Assembly: GCA_001771135.1 (NCBI GenBank)
Contig: MESW01000009.1
Span: 23,436 to 87,435, forward strand
DNA: 64,000 nt
Origin: a candidate division CPR3 bacterium GWF2_35_18
GTDB taxonomy: Bacteria; Patescibacteriota; CPR3; GWF2-35-18
Direction: 5' to 3'
Positions within the stretch are counted from its first letter, which is position 1; every line of letters starts with the position of its first letter. The position numbers were made by a program, and so were the translations under genes. Of this stretch, positions 19,903 to 29,246 are shown one piece after another. The notes below the pieces were generated by a model that saw nothing but the letters and a program-made list of their open reading frames with translations, ran no database searches and was not told the origin of the DNA.

Positions 19903-21149
19903 ACTCTTAAATCTTTAATAACGTTAACTAAAACTTTTATTCCTTTATCCAAAACTTCTTTCTCAATTGTGAGTGGTGGCATAAGCTGAATCACACTTTC
20001 ATGATCACAGACCAAGTGCAAACCTTTTTTCCAAGCATGCAAAACAATCTTTTCGGTTAACTCCGGATATTTTTGCTTAGTTTTTTTATCTTTCACAAAA
20101 TCGAGACCCAAAATCATTCCCATTCCCCGAATATCCCCAACATTTGGATGATCTTGTAAATGTTTTTTCAACTCACCCATCATGTAGTGACCTGTTTTCT
20201 GTACTCTTTCCCAAATTTTTTCCTTCTCATGGATTTTCAAAGTTTCGAGAGCCGCGGCGCAAGAAATTGGTAACCAACCAAAAGTAGATTGTAAGTTAGC
20301 GGGATCAGCTACTTCCGCGATTTTTTCCTTGGTCACCATTGCTCCAATTGGAGCGACTCCGTTACTCATTCCTTTAGCAAAAGTTACGATATCGGGAACG
20401 ATATTTTCGTGCTTCATACCAAACAATTTTCCCGTCCGGCTGAAACCAGTTCCGACTTCATCGAGGATAAGAAGTGTTCCATATTTTTCCGTCAATCTCC
20501 GAACAACGGTTAAAAATCCAGTAGGAGCCACATAGGCTGAACCCCAACCGGAAATTATCCCGGATTCCGCGAAAACCGCCGCCACATCTTCATTTTCTAA
20601 AACTGCTTCTAATCTTTTTTCAAAATCGTGAAGAACTTCAGTTTCGTTCAAATCGGTTCTATAAATATTGGGATATTCCAAATGGATGTAATCTGAATTG
20701 TCTGAAGATATGCTTGTTAACCACTCTTTCCTATAACCTACCTCTAACATGGATAAATTGTTTCCATGATAAGTTTCATAGAATCCTAAGATTTTTTTTC
20801 GCCCAGTGTAAGCTCGGGCCAGTTTCATGGCATGTTCATTTGCTTCAACCCCACCAGTTACTCTACTACAAGAATCTAACTCTTTTGGTAAAACGTGATG
20901 TAAGGCTGAAGCATATTTTTCTTGGAGATCATCACAAAACCACATTGAGGCGTAAGTATTTTTCATCACCTGACTAGAAACTGCTTCCGCAATTTCGGGA
21001 CGATTCCAACCCAAATTTGTCACATTCCAACCTGAAGTAAAATCAATATATTGCTTCCCTTTATCGTCCCAGAGATAACTACCACAAGCGTCTTTTATTT
21101 TAAATCGCCATGCTGAAAATTTTGTGTAAATAATATGTCGATGTACCAT
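19899..21149 (-). CDS. Class-III PLP-dependent aminotransferase
   Basis: GSYLWD..G..YIDF, GGVEANE, YHG, LILDEVGTGFSRTG, PDIVTFAKG (PLP lysine), STFG; GGAGG upstream of ATG 21149. Confidence 0.92.
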   Translation of the reverse strand: MVHRHIIYTKFSAWRFKIKDACGSYLWDDKGKQYIDFTSGWNVTNLGWNRPEIAEAVSSQVMKNTYASMWFCDDLQEKYASALHHVLPKELDSCSRVTGGVEANEHAMKLARAYTGRKKILGFYETYHGNNLSMLEVGYRKEWLTSISSDNSDYIHLEYPNIYRTDLNETEVLHDFEKRLEAVLENEDVAAVFAESGIISGWGSAYVAPTGFLTVVRRLTEKYGTLLILDEVGTGFSRTGKLFGMKHENIVPDIVTFAKGMSNGVAPIGAMVTKEKIAEVADPANLQSTFGWLPISCAAALETLKIHEKEKIWERVQKTGHYMMGELKKHLQDHPNVGDIRGMGMILGLDFVKDKKTKQKYPELTEKIVLHAWKKGLHLVCDHESVIQLMPPLTIEKEVLDKGIKVLVNVIKDLRV

Positions 21150-21161
21150 AATTACCTCCAT

Positions 21162-21815
21162 TTAATTGTAGATAGATTGAGTTTCAAACGGTAAAAAGTA
21201 TACCTTAAATAGTTGCCAGAGTCTAACAAAACGACAAACAGAAAAGCTACTTCCAGTTCTATCACCAAAAATGGAAAAAAACACTGTTTGCAATCCACCG
21301 AAAGGATATTCCGAAAAAGCAGCTAAATTGGCTTGAAATTCTTGATTTCCTTCTTCCATATTTCCTTCCTGCATCATATGTTCGAATTCATGACGTTTAA
21401 CAAAAAGCTTTGCAGAAACAGGTAAATCCTCTCGGACATATCCAAAATCTCCACAAGAAATTCCATTTAAACCTGGCATCTCCTCTTTCGAAACTTCAAT
21501 CATAAAATAATCTGAGGCTTGACGATACTCTTCTTTGGAAATTTTGAGACCTTCTTTTCTCTTTTGTCTCAACGATTCTAACCAATTTCGATCCTCCTCA
21601 TTAAAAAAAGAATCAAAGGTATAGCCTCCCTCCCAATCTCCGTTTTCTAAAAGAGTAAACGTATAACAATCAGGATGTTTGGGAAAAGCAATTTTAGGAC
21701 ACTGATAATATCGACTAAGAAACTCGAAACTAATTATGCTTATTATAATAAAAACAAGAGAAAAAATAACAAAATATTTTAAAAATTTTAGGAACTTTTG
21801 TTTTTTATTGAGCAT
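21162..21815 (-). CDS. Membrane-anchored protein with HExxH zincin motif
   Basis: N-terminal TM; RHEFEH followed by NQEFQAN. Confidence 0.6.
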   Translation of the reverse strand: MLNKKQKFLKFLKYFVIFSLVFIIISIISFEFLSRYYQCPKIAFPKHPDCYTFTLLENGDWEGGYTFDSFFNEEDRNWLESLRQKRKEGLKISKEEYRQASDYFMIEVSKEEMPGLNGISCGDFGYVREDLPVSAKLFVKRHEFEHMMQEGNMEEGNQEFQANLAAFSEYPFGGLQTVFFSIFGDRTGSSFSVCRFVRLWQLFKVYFLPFETQSIYN

Positions 21816-21844
21816 TTTCTTTTACATTAAATAAAAATATCAAC

Positions 21845-22396
21845 TTAGTATCTAAAACAATTCATTAGATGATCATTCACCATCCCTGCCGCCTGCATAA
21901 AAGCGTAACAAATAGTCGGACCAACAAAACGAAAACCTCTCTTTTTCAGATCTTTGCTCATCGTTAACGCCTCTTTCGATTCTACCGGAATCTCTTTCAA
22001 AGTCTTCCAAGAGTTCTTAATAGTTTTCCCATTAACAAATTGCCAAATGTAAGAATCAAAACTCCCAAACTCTTTTTGTACTTGTAAAAAAGCCTGTGCA
22101 TTAGAAATAGTCGCGCTGATCTTTAAACGATTGCGAATAATTCCAGCATCACATAACAAACTTTCAATTTTTTCTTGCTTATACATAGCAATTTTTTTGG
22201 CGTTAAAGTTGTCAAAAGCACGCCGAAAATTTTCTCTCTTATTAATAATAATTTCCCAAGAAAGTCCGGCCTGAAAAGCATCAAGGATCAAAAACTCAAA
22301 AAGATTGTGATCATCATGAAGAGGAACTCCCCATTCTTTATCGTGATAAGCAATCATTAAAGGATTTTTTGAAACCCAAGGACAACGATTTTTCAT
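21845..22396 (-). CDS. tag: DNA-3-methyladenine glycosylase I
   Basis: RCPW, YHDKEWG, FQAGLSW, IIRNRLKI, FVGPTICYAFMQAAGMVNDH. Confidence 0.96.
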   Translation of the reverse strand: MKNRCPWVSKNPLMIAYHDKEWGVPLHDDHNLFEFLILDAFQAGLSWEIIINKRENFRRAFDNFNAKKIAMYKQEKIESLLCDAGIIRNRLKISATISNAQAFLQVQKEFGSFDSYIWQFVNGKTIKNSWKTLKEIPVESKEALTMSKDLKKRGFRFVGPTICYAFMQAAGMVNDHLMNCFRY

Positions 22397-22797
22397 AACG
22401 TCTTAATTAACTCCTTTAAGCTTTGGTTTGAAACATAATATTTGTCAGTTAAAAATTCTTTTTGAGAAACCCAACGAAATTCTTGAATCGGCTCTTTGGT
22501 AGGATTAATTGAAAAATCTACTTTATAATTTTGAGTTAAACACAAAAAAGTCGTACAAACAACTTGGTTCTGATCGGTTCTGAAAAACCACCAGATACCA
22601 AGAACTTTACCTATTTTAATTTCTAAACCAGTTTCCTCTTTGACTTCACGCTGCAAACACTCATGTGGCGTTTCTCCATATTCGATTTTTCCACCTGGAA
22701 GATCCCAAAACTCTTTATCTCCAACAACTTGTTTAATCACTAAAAATTTATCTTTGTTATGAATAATCGCTTTAACAGCAGGGAAAACTTGAGACAT
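22393..22797 (-). CDS. NUDIX hydrolase
   Basis: WDLPGGKIEYGETPHECLQREVKEETGL. Confidence 0.9.
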   Translation of the reverse strand: MSQVFPAVKAIIHNKDKFLVIKQVVGDKEFWDLPGGKIEYGETPHECLQREVKEETGLEIKIGKVLGIWWFFRTDQNQVVCTTFLCLTQNYKVDFSINPTKEPIQEFRWVSQKEFLTDKYYVSNQSLKELIKTL

Positions 22798-22808
22798 GTT
22801 ATTTTAAA

Positions 22809-23378
22809 TTATTTTATAAAAAACGTCAGAAATTCTTTGATCGATTTATACTGCGTTCTTAACTCTTTTCGGCAAATATCAAGACTCAAAGCATTCCATT
22901 TTTCATCAGCCTTTTGCAAATAGAGCTTAACCATATTTTCGAGTTCCATCTTCCGACCATTAATTATTCCCCCGAGAACTCCTTCAACCGAAACAAAGCG
23001 GTAACAATCAGAGTTACAACAAATTTCAGATTCCAAAGAAAAAAATTTGGGAACTCCATGATGTTCGGAAACACAAGCTAGAATATTTTCTTTTTCCCTT
23101 CGAGATAGCTCTGAAAATGAATCTAAAAAATTCTTAGTTTTTGTAACCCCAGTATTAATATGCTCTTTCAAATTACCTTTACTAAAAACCTCTCCTAATC
23201 CACAATCCATCAAAGTAGTTCCTAAATAGACTATGCTTTCATTAGCCTTTAATTTTTGCGAAAGAATTTGGCCTTTATTATTTGCAAGTTCTAAGTGGAA
23301 TTTTGAAGGCACTTGATATTTTTCAATTTCAGAAAGAGCAAATTGATTTGCTTGTTGCAAAATTGTTTTTGAAATCAT
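22809..23378 (-). CDS. Degenerate HD-fold protein
   Basis: HD-like spacing FH...LMD...EH...EHH...NSD, with the HD pair changed to MD. Confidence 0.6.
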   Translation of the reverse strand: MISKTILQQANQFALSEIEKYQVPSKFHLELANNKGQILSQKLKANESIVYLGTTLMDCGLGEVFSKGNLKEHINTGVTKTKNFLDSFSELSRREKENILACVSEHHGVPKFFSLESEICCNSDCYRFVSVEGVLGGIINGRKMELENMVKLYLQKADEKWNALSLDICRKELRTQYKSIKEFLTFFIK

Positions 23379-23431
23379 GTATACAATTATACCTTAATAT
23401 AAAATCATGGTCTAACACTAAGTAAAAACAA

Positions 23432-23468
23432 TTAGAGGTCTTACCCCATTATGGGGTAAGACCTCTAA
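23432..23468. repeat. REP-like palindrome
   Basis: ttagaggtcttaccccat-t-atggggtaagacctctaa; perfect 18-bp arms. Confidence 0.8.
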
Positions 23469-23495
23469 AATGCTGAAACGAAAAATAATTTACCA

Positions 23496-23551
23496 AAGAA
23501 ATAGTGCGGCCTCGTGGAAAGCTGCCTAAATCCACAAGACCGCACCATTTC
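23496..23551. terminator. Imperfect GC-rich hairpin downstream of sod (terminator or REP-like)
   Basis: agaaatagtgcggcctcgtgga...tccacaagaccgcaccatttct, 45 nt after the sod stop codon. Confidence 0.5.
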
Positions 23552-23596
23552 TAATCCATAAATACTACATTTATGTGGGAAATATTTCGAATACCT

Positions 23597-24208
23597 CTAT
23601 CTAGTAGCATCCAAATAGTTCTGCTCCACTTGCTCCCAATTGACGACATGCCACCAAGATTTAATATAATCAGCTCGTCGATTCTGATAATGTAGATAAT
23701 ACGCATGTTCCCACAGATCTAGGGCCAAAATCGGTTTTAGACCTTCTAATAAAGGAGAATCCTGATTTGCAGTTGAATGTATTTTTAAGTGTTTATTTTC
23801 ATCAAGAGAAAGCCAAGTCCAACCACTTCCAAATCTGTTTAAAGCTTCGCTGGTAAACTTATCGTGAAAATTTATAAAACCACCCAATTCCTTATCAATA
23901 ATAGGCGAAAGAATCCCATTTGATTCTCCACCACCTTTTGGTTTCATGACTTTCCAAAAAAATGAATGATTATAATGTCCTCCCCCGTTATTCCGGACCG
24001 CGGTTTGAATCTCTTTAGGAATAGATTCCAAAGAGATCAAAAGCTCTTCTACTGTTTTTTTTGAAAGTTCATCATGATCTTTCAAAGCTAAATTTAACTT
24101 ATCAACATAAGTCTGGTGATGTTTTGAATAATGAATCTCCATTGTCCGCGCATCAATATAAGGCTCTAAATCCGCATAAGAATAAAGAAGTTTAGGCAAA
24201 GTAAACAT
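23597..24208 (-). CDS. sodA: Superoxide dismutase, Mn-type signature
   Basis: HYSKHHQTY, NNGGGHYNH, FGSGW, TANQD, DLWEHAYY; AGGAGA upstream of ATG 24208. Confidence 0.92.
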   Translation of the reverse strand: MFTLPKLLYSYADLEPYIDARTMEIHYSKHHQTYVDKLNLALKDHDELSKKTVEELLISLESIPKEIQTAVRNNGGGHYNHSFFWKVMKPKGGGESNGILSPIIDKELGGFINFHDKFTSEALNRFGSGWTWLSLDENKHLKIHSTANQDSPLLEGLKPILALDLWEHAYYLHYQNRRADYIKSWWHVVNWEQVEQNYLDATR

Positions 24209-24309
24209 AATATTTTCTCCTGACATACTAACACTAATTAGGTAAGAGTATAATATATTAAACATTTTGTCAAGTTGCTTTTTCAAAGAATCTTACTTAC
24301 AATAAAATC

Positions 24310-25119
24310 ATGATAGTAACTAATCCTCAATTAAGAACAAAGGAAGAACTAGAATTGTTACCAAACGAAGTTTTAACTTCTCCTCTTCCAGAATTAAGAC
24401 CAGTTTCTGGTTTTGAATTACCTCTCCCAGTTACAGGACCAAATCTAAAAAAAACTGTTTTAATCAAAGACGCCGTAAACACATATAAAGAATCTCCGAT
24501 TCAAGAAAAGTTACACAACCTTCAAAGAGAGTTACAAACTGCTCAGCTTTCGCTAAAAAGCCCTTATCGTAATACCTCTATTCAATCTATTGAGGAAACA
24601 ATTAGGCGAATCACTGAAAGAGATATTCCGGAAGCACAAAGAGAGCTAGCCAAACTTACTTTTCCGGTTATTGCTGATGTTAATATTGATCATGACGGTC
24701 GAATAAATATTAATGGCACACCACAAGAAGGTCGACATGTTATCGTGGCTTATGATCCAGAGAAAAAACAAACATACGCCAGATATTTACCAGGACGTCC
24801 CGTATCCACAGCAGTAACCGGTAGCATGGGAGAAAATATCCAGATCCCCATTCAAGAAGATGATGGAAAAATGAGAATGTTATTACCAATTGCTTATCTA
24901 GAATCTACGGAAACAGCACCAAAAAGTGGAATCTGGAATCTGCAGATATCTCAAACAGCTTTTAATAACAAAGAGCCATTTCCCATTGATGTGGAAACTA
25001 TTGATCAAAGCCCTCAAAAAGTAGTAACAAGTAGTGATCAAGAATCATTAATGGCTCAGTTCAAAGACACGCCTTATAAAAAGAAAGAAAAACCGAAAAA
25101 AGGTTGGTCTACATCTTGA
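24310..25119 (+). CDS. Hypothetical soluble protein
   Basis: 269-aa ORF; TTGCTT-17-TACAAT directly upstream. Confidence 0.7.
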   Translation: MIVTNPQLRTKEELELLPNEVLTSPLPELRPVSGFELPLPVTGPNLKKTVLIKDAVNTYKESPIQEKLHNLQRELQTAQLSLKSPYRNTSIQSIEETIRRITERDIPEAQRELAKLTFPVIADVNIDHDGRININGTPQEGRHVIVAYDPEKKQTYARYLPGRPVSTAVTGSMGENIQIPIQEDDGKMRMLLPIAYLESTETAPKSGIWNLQISQTAFNNKEPFPIDVETIDQSPQKVVTSSDQESLMAQFKDTPYKKKEKPKKGWSTS

Positions 25120-25125
25120 GAATAA

Positions 25126-26010
25126 CTAGCTTTTCATCCGTTTTTGCTCCTCGAGATACATGTCATTTTCTCCCCAAGATTTTACAACTTCCTCAGTAAC
25201 CGGCTTTGCAATATCCCAAGTAATTAAAAATATTGACTGCAAACTTTGAGCAAGCAATTTGCTTTTGATTTTCAAACCCCAAATTTCATTATCTTTGGCA
25301 CTAATTATTCGTAACCAATCACCTTGTATTGCAATTCTTTGGTTTAAGATAAACTCCGGTTTATCGATATATCGCATTTCCCATGCTTTAATATACTCTG
25401 GATTATGACTATATTGATACGTCAATACATGCTTTGTCCAATCGTTAAGAGGCATCACTTCTTTAATTGGATGTTTCGCTTTTTCACGAAGAGCAATCTC
25501 TTCCTGTACAAGTTTATTCATGTCTTCTCGACCAAAAATATCCATCGGCATCTGCAAATCAAAGGCATATACTGGCATTTCTAGCTCAGAAATCATCTTA
25601 TCCATATAGACATTTTTGGCGCCTTCAATACCAGGAAAAAATTGGAAATCAGCATTCACTTTATTTTGATGAAAATCAGCTTTAAGGTTTGGTAAAAAAT
25701 TCAGAATATCCAATTCCAGAGAAGTTAATTCTTTTCTCTTCCCCTGAAGTATTGTCCGTAAAATAGAAGGATTTTTAGCTCGAATTTTGGTTTGTTGCTT
25801 TTGAATTCCATCAGATTGTTCTAGCTCAATTAAACCTTTCAAGGATAACTCCATCACCACATCGTAAACTGTAGTTCTGGGAATTCCGGTTGCTTTTGAT
25901 AATTGGAAAGGAGATGTTTCATTGTGTTTCAAAGATTCTAAATAAACTTTCGTCTCATTTTCGCTTAAACCAAATCTCTTTAATGTTTCCAAAATCATAT
26001 TATTTTCCAT
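25126..26010 (-). CDS. TrmB-family transcriptional regulator
   Basis: FGLSENETKVY...LSKATGIPRTTVYDV..L..KGLI winged HTH; QFFPGIEGAK effector domain start. Confidence 0.88.
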   Translation of the reverse strand: MENNMILETLKRFGLSENETKVYLESLKHNETSPFQLSKATGIPRTTVYDVVMELSLKGLIELEQSDGIQKQQTKIRAKNPSILRTILQGKRKELTSLELDILNFLPNLKADFHQNKVNADFQFFPGIEGAKNVYMDKMISELEMPVYAFDLQMPMDIFGREDMNKLVQEEIALREKAKHPIKEVMPLNDWTKHVLTYQYSHNPEYIKAWEMRYIDKPEFILNQRIAIQGDWLRIISAKDNEIWGLKIKSKLLAQSLQSIFLITWDIAKPVTEEVVKSWGENDMYLEEQKRMKS

Positions 26011-26017
26011 ATTTAAA

Positions 26018-26149
26018 CGCCAGATGAAAGAAAAAATATAAATTGACAGTAAAATAAGCGTTAAAAACGTGCATGTTTGACGAGCGAAACGAGGAGTTAC
26101 ACGTTTTTTAGCTTATGAACTGATCAATTTCTTTTTCTGTAATATGGCG
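26018..26149. repeat. ~132-nt imperfect hairpin (structured RNA or MITE-like) in the trmB leader
   Basis: Nested pairings cgcca/tggcg, agaaaaa/tttttct, aattga/tcaatt, cagt/actg, ataagc/gcttat, aaaaacgtg/cacgttttt. Confidence 0.85.
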
Positions 26150-26197
26150 CCTCCTTTTGATGCTATCTTTTGGATGAACAAAAGATATTTTGAAGCT

Positions 26198-26258
26198 ATT
26201 CTATTATTTCCGACACTGTCCGTCAACTTTGACACTACTTTCACAACTATACTATAAT
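26198..26258. promoter_or_regulatory. Back-to-back sigma70-type promoters for trmB (-) and eamA (+)
   Basis: Minus: TTGACG(26226-26221)-17-TAGAAT(26203-26198). Plus: TTGACA(26229-26234)-18-TATAAT(26253-26258). Confidence 0.7.
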
Positions 26259-26282
26259 CTCGTCCAAGTTTAATTATTAACT

Positions 26283-27149
26283 ATGACAAATGTCGTTTTG
26301 TTATCATTTATTGCCCTCGCTTTTTTCGCCACCGAAACCGTCTTACATAAATTAACGGCAAAATATGTGGTCAAAAATCCATTAACTTTTAACTTTTATT
26401 TGACTCTTTTTGAGTTTATATTTGTACTTCCTAGTTTATTTTCAAACCAAATTACATTTCCCTCTCTTATTGACTTCAAATATATATTTTTAACATCCCT
26501 CACAATTACGATCGCCATGATTCTGTATTTTTTCGTCCTATATCATATTGATGCTTCAGTAATTGGACCGTTGTATAATTTTCGGATAATTTTCTCAATT
26601 CTGCTCTCTACAATTTTTTTACATGAAATTCTGAATCCAACTTACTATCTTTGGATTGGTATTTTAACAATTGGCGGTTTCTTTGTTACCTTTAATGAAA
26701 AGACAAAACTCAAATCATTTTTCCAAAAACCGGTTTTTATTTTTCTCATTTATGTCTTTGGACTTGCGCTTATGTCTATTTTTATTAATAAAGGTGTGAA
26801 TATAAGCGGATATTGGAATTTTACATTTTGGTACAAAGTAATATCTTTTATCTTAGTATTATTCACAATCCCTTTTTTCAAAAAAGATTTTAAAGTTTCT
26901 AGGAAGCAATTTAGCACGATTTCAATAATTTCTTTAATCGGATTTTTAGGAACTCTTTTTGCCAATCAGGCTTTTTCCATCAATGTCACAATCCCCACCG
27001 CTATATTTTCTATTCCCGGATCGATGATCATTATTTTTATTCTCTCGAGATTAAAACCAGATCTTTTAGAAAAACATAGCTTAAAAGTGTATACGATACG
27101 TTTTTTTGCGGCTTCAATTATGATTTTTGCCGCATTTCAGCTAAAATGA
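26283..27149 (+). CDS. EamA/DMT-family transporter
   Basis: About 10 TMs in two repeats; IDASVIGPL...FLHE pattern. Confidence 0.82.
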   Translation: MTNVVLLSFIALAFFATETVLHKLTAKYVVKNPLTFNFYLTLFEFIFVLPSLFSNQITFPSLIDFKYIFLTSLTITIAMILYFFVLYHIDASVIGPLYNFRIIFSILLSTIFLHEILNPTYYLWIGILTIGGFFVTFNEKTKLKSFFQKPVFIFLIYVFGLALMSIFINKGVNISGYWNFTFWYKVISFILVLFTIPFFKKDFKVSRKQFSTISIISLIGFLGTLFANQAFSINVTIPTAIFSIPGSMIIIFILSRLKPDLLEKHSLKVYTIRFFAASIMIFAAFQLK

Positions 27150-27168
27150 AAACAAGGAGAAATTCAAG

Positions 27169-28353
27169 ATGACAAACTATAATTTCACTCATAGAGTCCA
27201 AGATGTCCCTAATTCCGGGATCGGTTTTATGATGCGTTATGCTTCAAAATACGACGATGTCGTTTCCCTGGGACAAGGAACTCCGTTATTCCCAACGCCG
27301 AGTTTTATCTATGACGAACTTTATAAAAAATCAAAATCAGATCCAACGATTGGACAGTACTCCAGCGCCAAAATTGAAAAAGAGCTCAAGAATTTAATCG
27401 TGAAAAACATCGAAAAAAAATATAATTTCACACCTGACCTTAGTGAAATATATCTTACAGTCGGTGGAATTGGTGGTTTATTTGCCGCATTAATGGCTTT
27501 TGTAGAAAAAGATGACGAAGTGATTTATTTCGATCCCAGCTATCCTCTACATCTTTCTCAAATATATCTTACTCAGGGAAAACCAGTCTTTGTTTCTTTA
27601 ATAGAAAAAAAAGGGTGGCAGATTGATTTGGAAAAATTAGAAAAATCGATTACTCCCAAAACAAAAGTAATAATTCTAACAAATCCAAACAACCCAACCG
27701 GTACCGTTTTATCCGAGCAGGAAGTCAAAAAAATTGCCGAAATTGTTTTGAAGCATAATCTAATTCTGATTCTCGATGAAGCATATGAATTTCTGACTTA
27801 CGAAAAAAAGCTTTTTTCACCACTAAAACTTCCAGAACTCCGCAATAACATTGTGCTCTGTAAAAGCTTTTCCAAAGAATTTGCAATGACTGGTTGGCGT
27901 ATCGGTTATGTCTACAGCCATAAAGAAATCGTGTCTAAAATTAGTAATGTTCATACCTATTTCGCCATTTCACCGGCAACGACTTCAATGATTGCCGTTA
28001 TAACCGCACTCTCAGATCCTCGTGGAGATAAAGCGATGCAAGAGTTTAAAGAAAAATTCACTGAAAGTAGAAAAGCAATTTGTGAAAGACTTGATAAACT
28101 GCCAAAATTATTTTCTTACCACAAGCCTGATGGCGCGTATTATATCTTTGCCAAATATTTAAATTTCAAAATGGATTCTTTTGAGTTTGCAAAAAAGCTT
28201 ATTGATGAAGCAAAAGTAATCACAATTCCAGGATCAACTGGAGGACCTTCGGGAGAAGGACATATCCGCATGTCTTTTGCCGCGGATACAAAATTAATCC
28301 ATCAAGCCTTTGATCGAATTGATAGATTCGCACAGAAATACGGGCAAAAGTAG
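27169..28353 (+). CDS. Class I/II PLP-dependent aminotransferase
   Basis: SLGQGTP, NPNNPTG, DEAY, SFSKEFAMTGWRIG, GAYY, RMSF. Confidence 0.93.
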   Translation: MTNYNFTHRVQDVPNSGIGFMMRYASKYDDVVSLGQGTPLFPTPSFIYDELYKKSKSDPTIGQYSSAKIEKELKNLIVKNIEKKYNFTPDLSEIYLTVGGIGGLFAALMAFVEKDDEVIYFDPSYPLHLSQIYLTQGKPVFVSLIEKKGWQIDLEKLEKSITPKTKVIILTNPNNPTGTVLSEQEVKKIAEIVLKHNLILILDEAYEFLTYEKKLFSPLKLPELRNNIVLCKSFSKEFAMTGWRIGYVYSHKEIVSKISNVHTYFAISPATTSMIAVITALSDPRGDKAMQEFKEKFTESRKAICERLDKLPKLFSYHKPDGAYYIFAKYLNFKMDSFEFAKKLIDEAKVITIPGSTGGPSGEGHIRMSFAADTKLIHQAFDRIDRFAQKYGQK

Positions 28354-28354
28354 G

Positions 28355-29242
28355 CTAAAATTTACAGGGATCTTGTTTTACCTCTTTCAAGGAATAGAAG
28401 TTAATAATCACAATCGATAATAATATAAGAAAACCCCCAATTATTTCTGTAGTGTTTGGAAATTCTTTTAAAAAGATTGCGTTTAAAAAAAGCAAGATCA
28501 CTAATTCCACTGAGGTTACGATATTACCAAGATTCAAATCAAAGTTTTGAAAACCATAAAGATACAATCCACCGATTAAAACCATACCAACGCCGAGCGC
28601 AATCACGGCTAGTATTGAAGGCATCGATACTGAAGCAGATATACTTTCTTGAAAAAGCAAAAACAGCAATCCACCTACAACAACTTTGGAAATATTCTGA
28701 AAAATCAGCATTGTAGCTTTGTCAAATTTACCCAAATATTTAGCCATCGCATTATCAAGACTGTCTAAAACTCCCGGGATAAACCCAAAGATTACTCCTA
28801 ACAAACTCGTCCCCTCCAAAGGATAAGCCATCAAAAAAATTCCCACAAGGGAAATAATAAGAACCATAATTTTCATCTTCGTGATCTTTTCGTGATACCA
28901 AATCCAACCAAAAAACAGAGAACTAATTAAAACTCCAGCATAGATGTAAAAGAGCGTATTGGCCGCTTTGACCAGATTAATCGAGATCACGGTCGAAATA
29001 ATAGAGAACGGCGGCAAGATAGAATAAATGAACAATTTTCTTTTATCGATTTTTTTGTCTACTTTGATTTTTTTACGGGTAACAATCATCCATCCCAAAA
29101 TAAATAAAACACTCACTAAACCTCGCAAAAAACTCTGAGCAAACGGCCCAAATGATTGACTGGAAAGACGAATAAATATTCCAAAAAATGCATAGATAAA
29201 AGCCGAGGAAAAAAGTGCTAAAAAACCGTATTTTTTATTCAT
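28355..29242 (-). CDS. EamA/DMT-family transporter
   Basis: About 10 TMs; YHEKIT and FLKE...IIGG repeat ends; ATG 29242. Confidence 0.85.
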   Translation of the reverse strand: MNKKYGFLALFSSAFIYAFFGIFIRLSSQSFGPFAQSFLRGLVSVLFILGWMIVTRKKIKVDKKIDKRKLFIYSILPPFSIISTVISINLVKAANTLFYIYAGVLISSLFFGWIWYHEKITKMKIMVLIISLVGIFLMAYPLEGTSLLGVIFGFIPGVLDSLDNAMAKYLGKFDKATMLIFQNISKVVVGGLLFLLFQESISASVSMPSILAVIALGVGMVLIGGLYLYGFQNFDLNLGNIVTSVELVILLFLNAIFLKEFPNTTEIIGGFLILLSIVIINFYSLKEVKQDPCKF

Positions 29243-29246
29243 AAAA

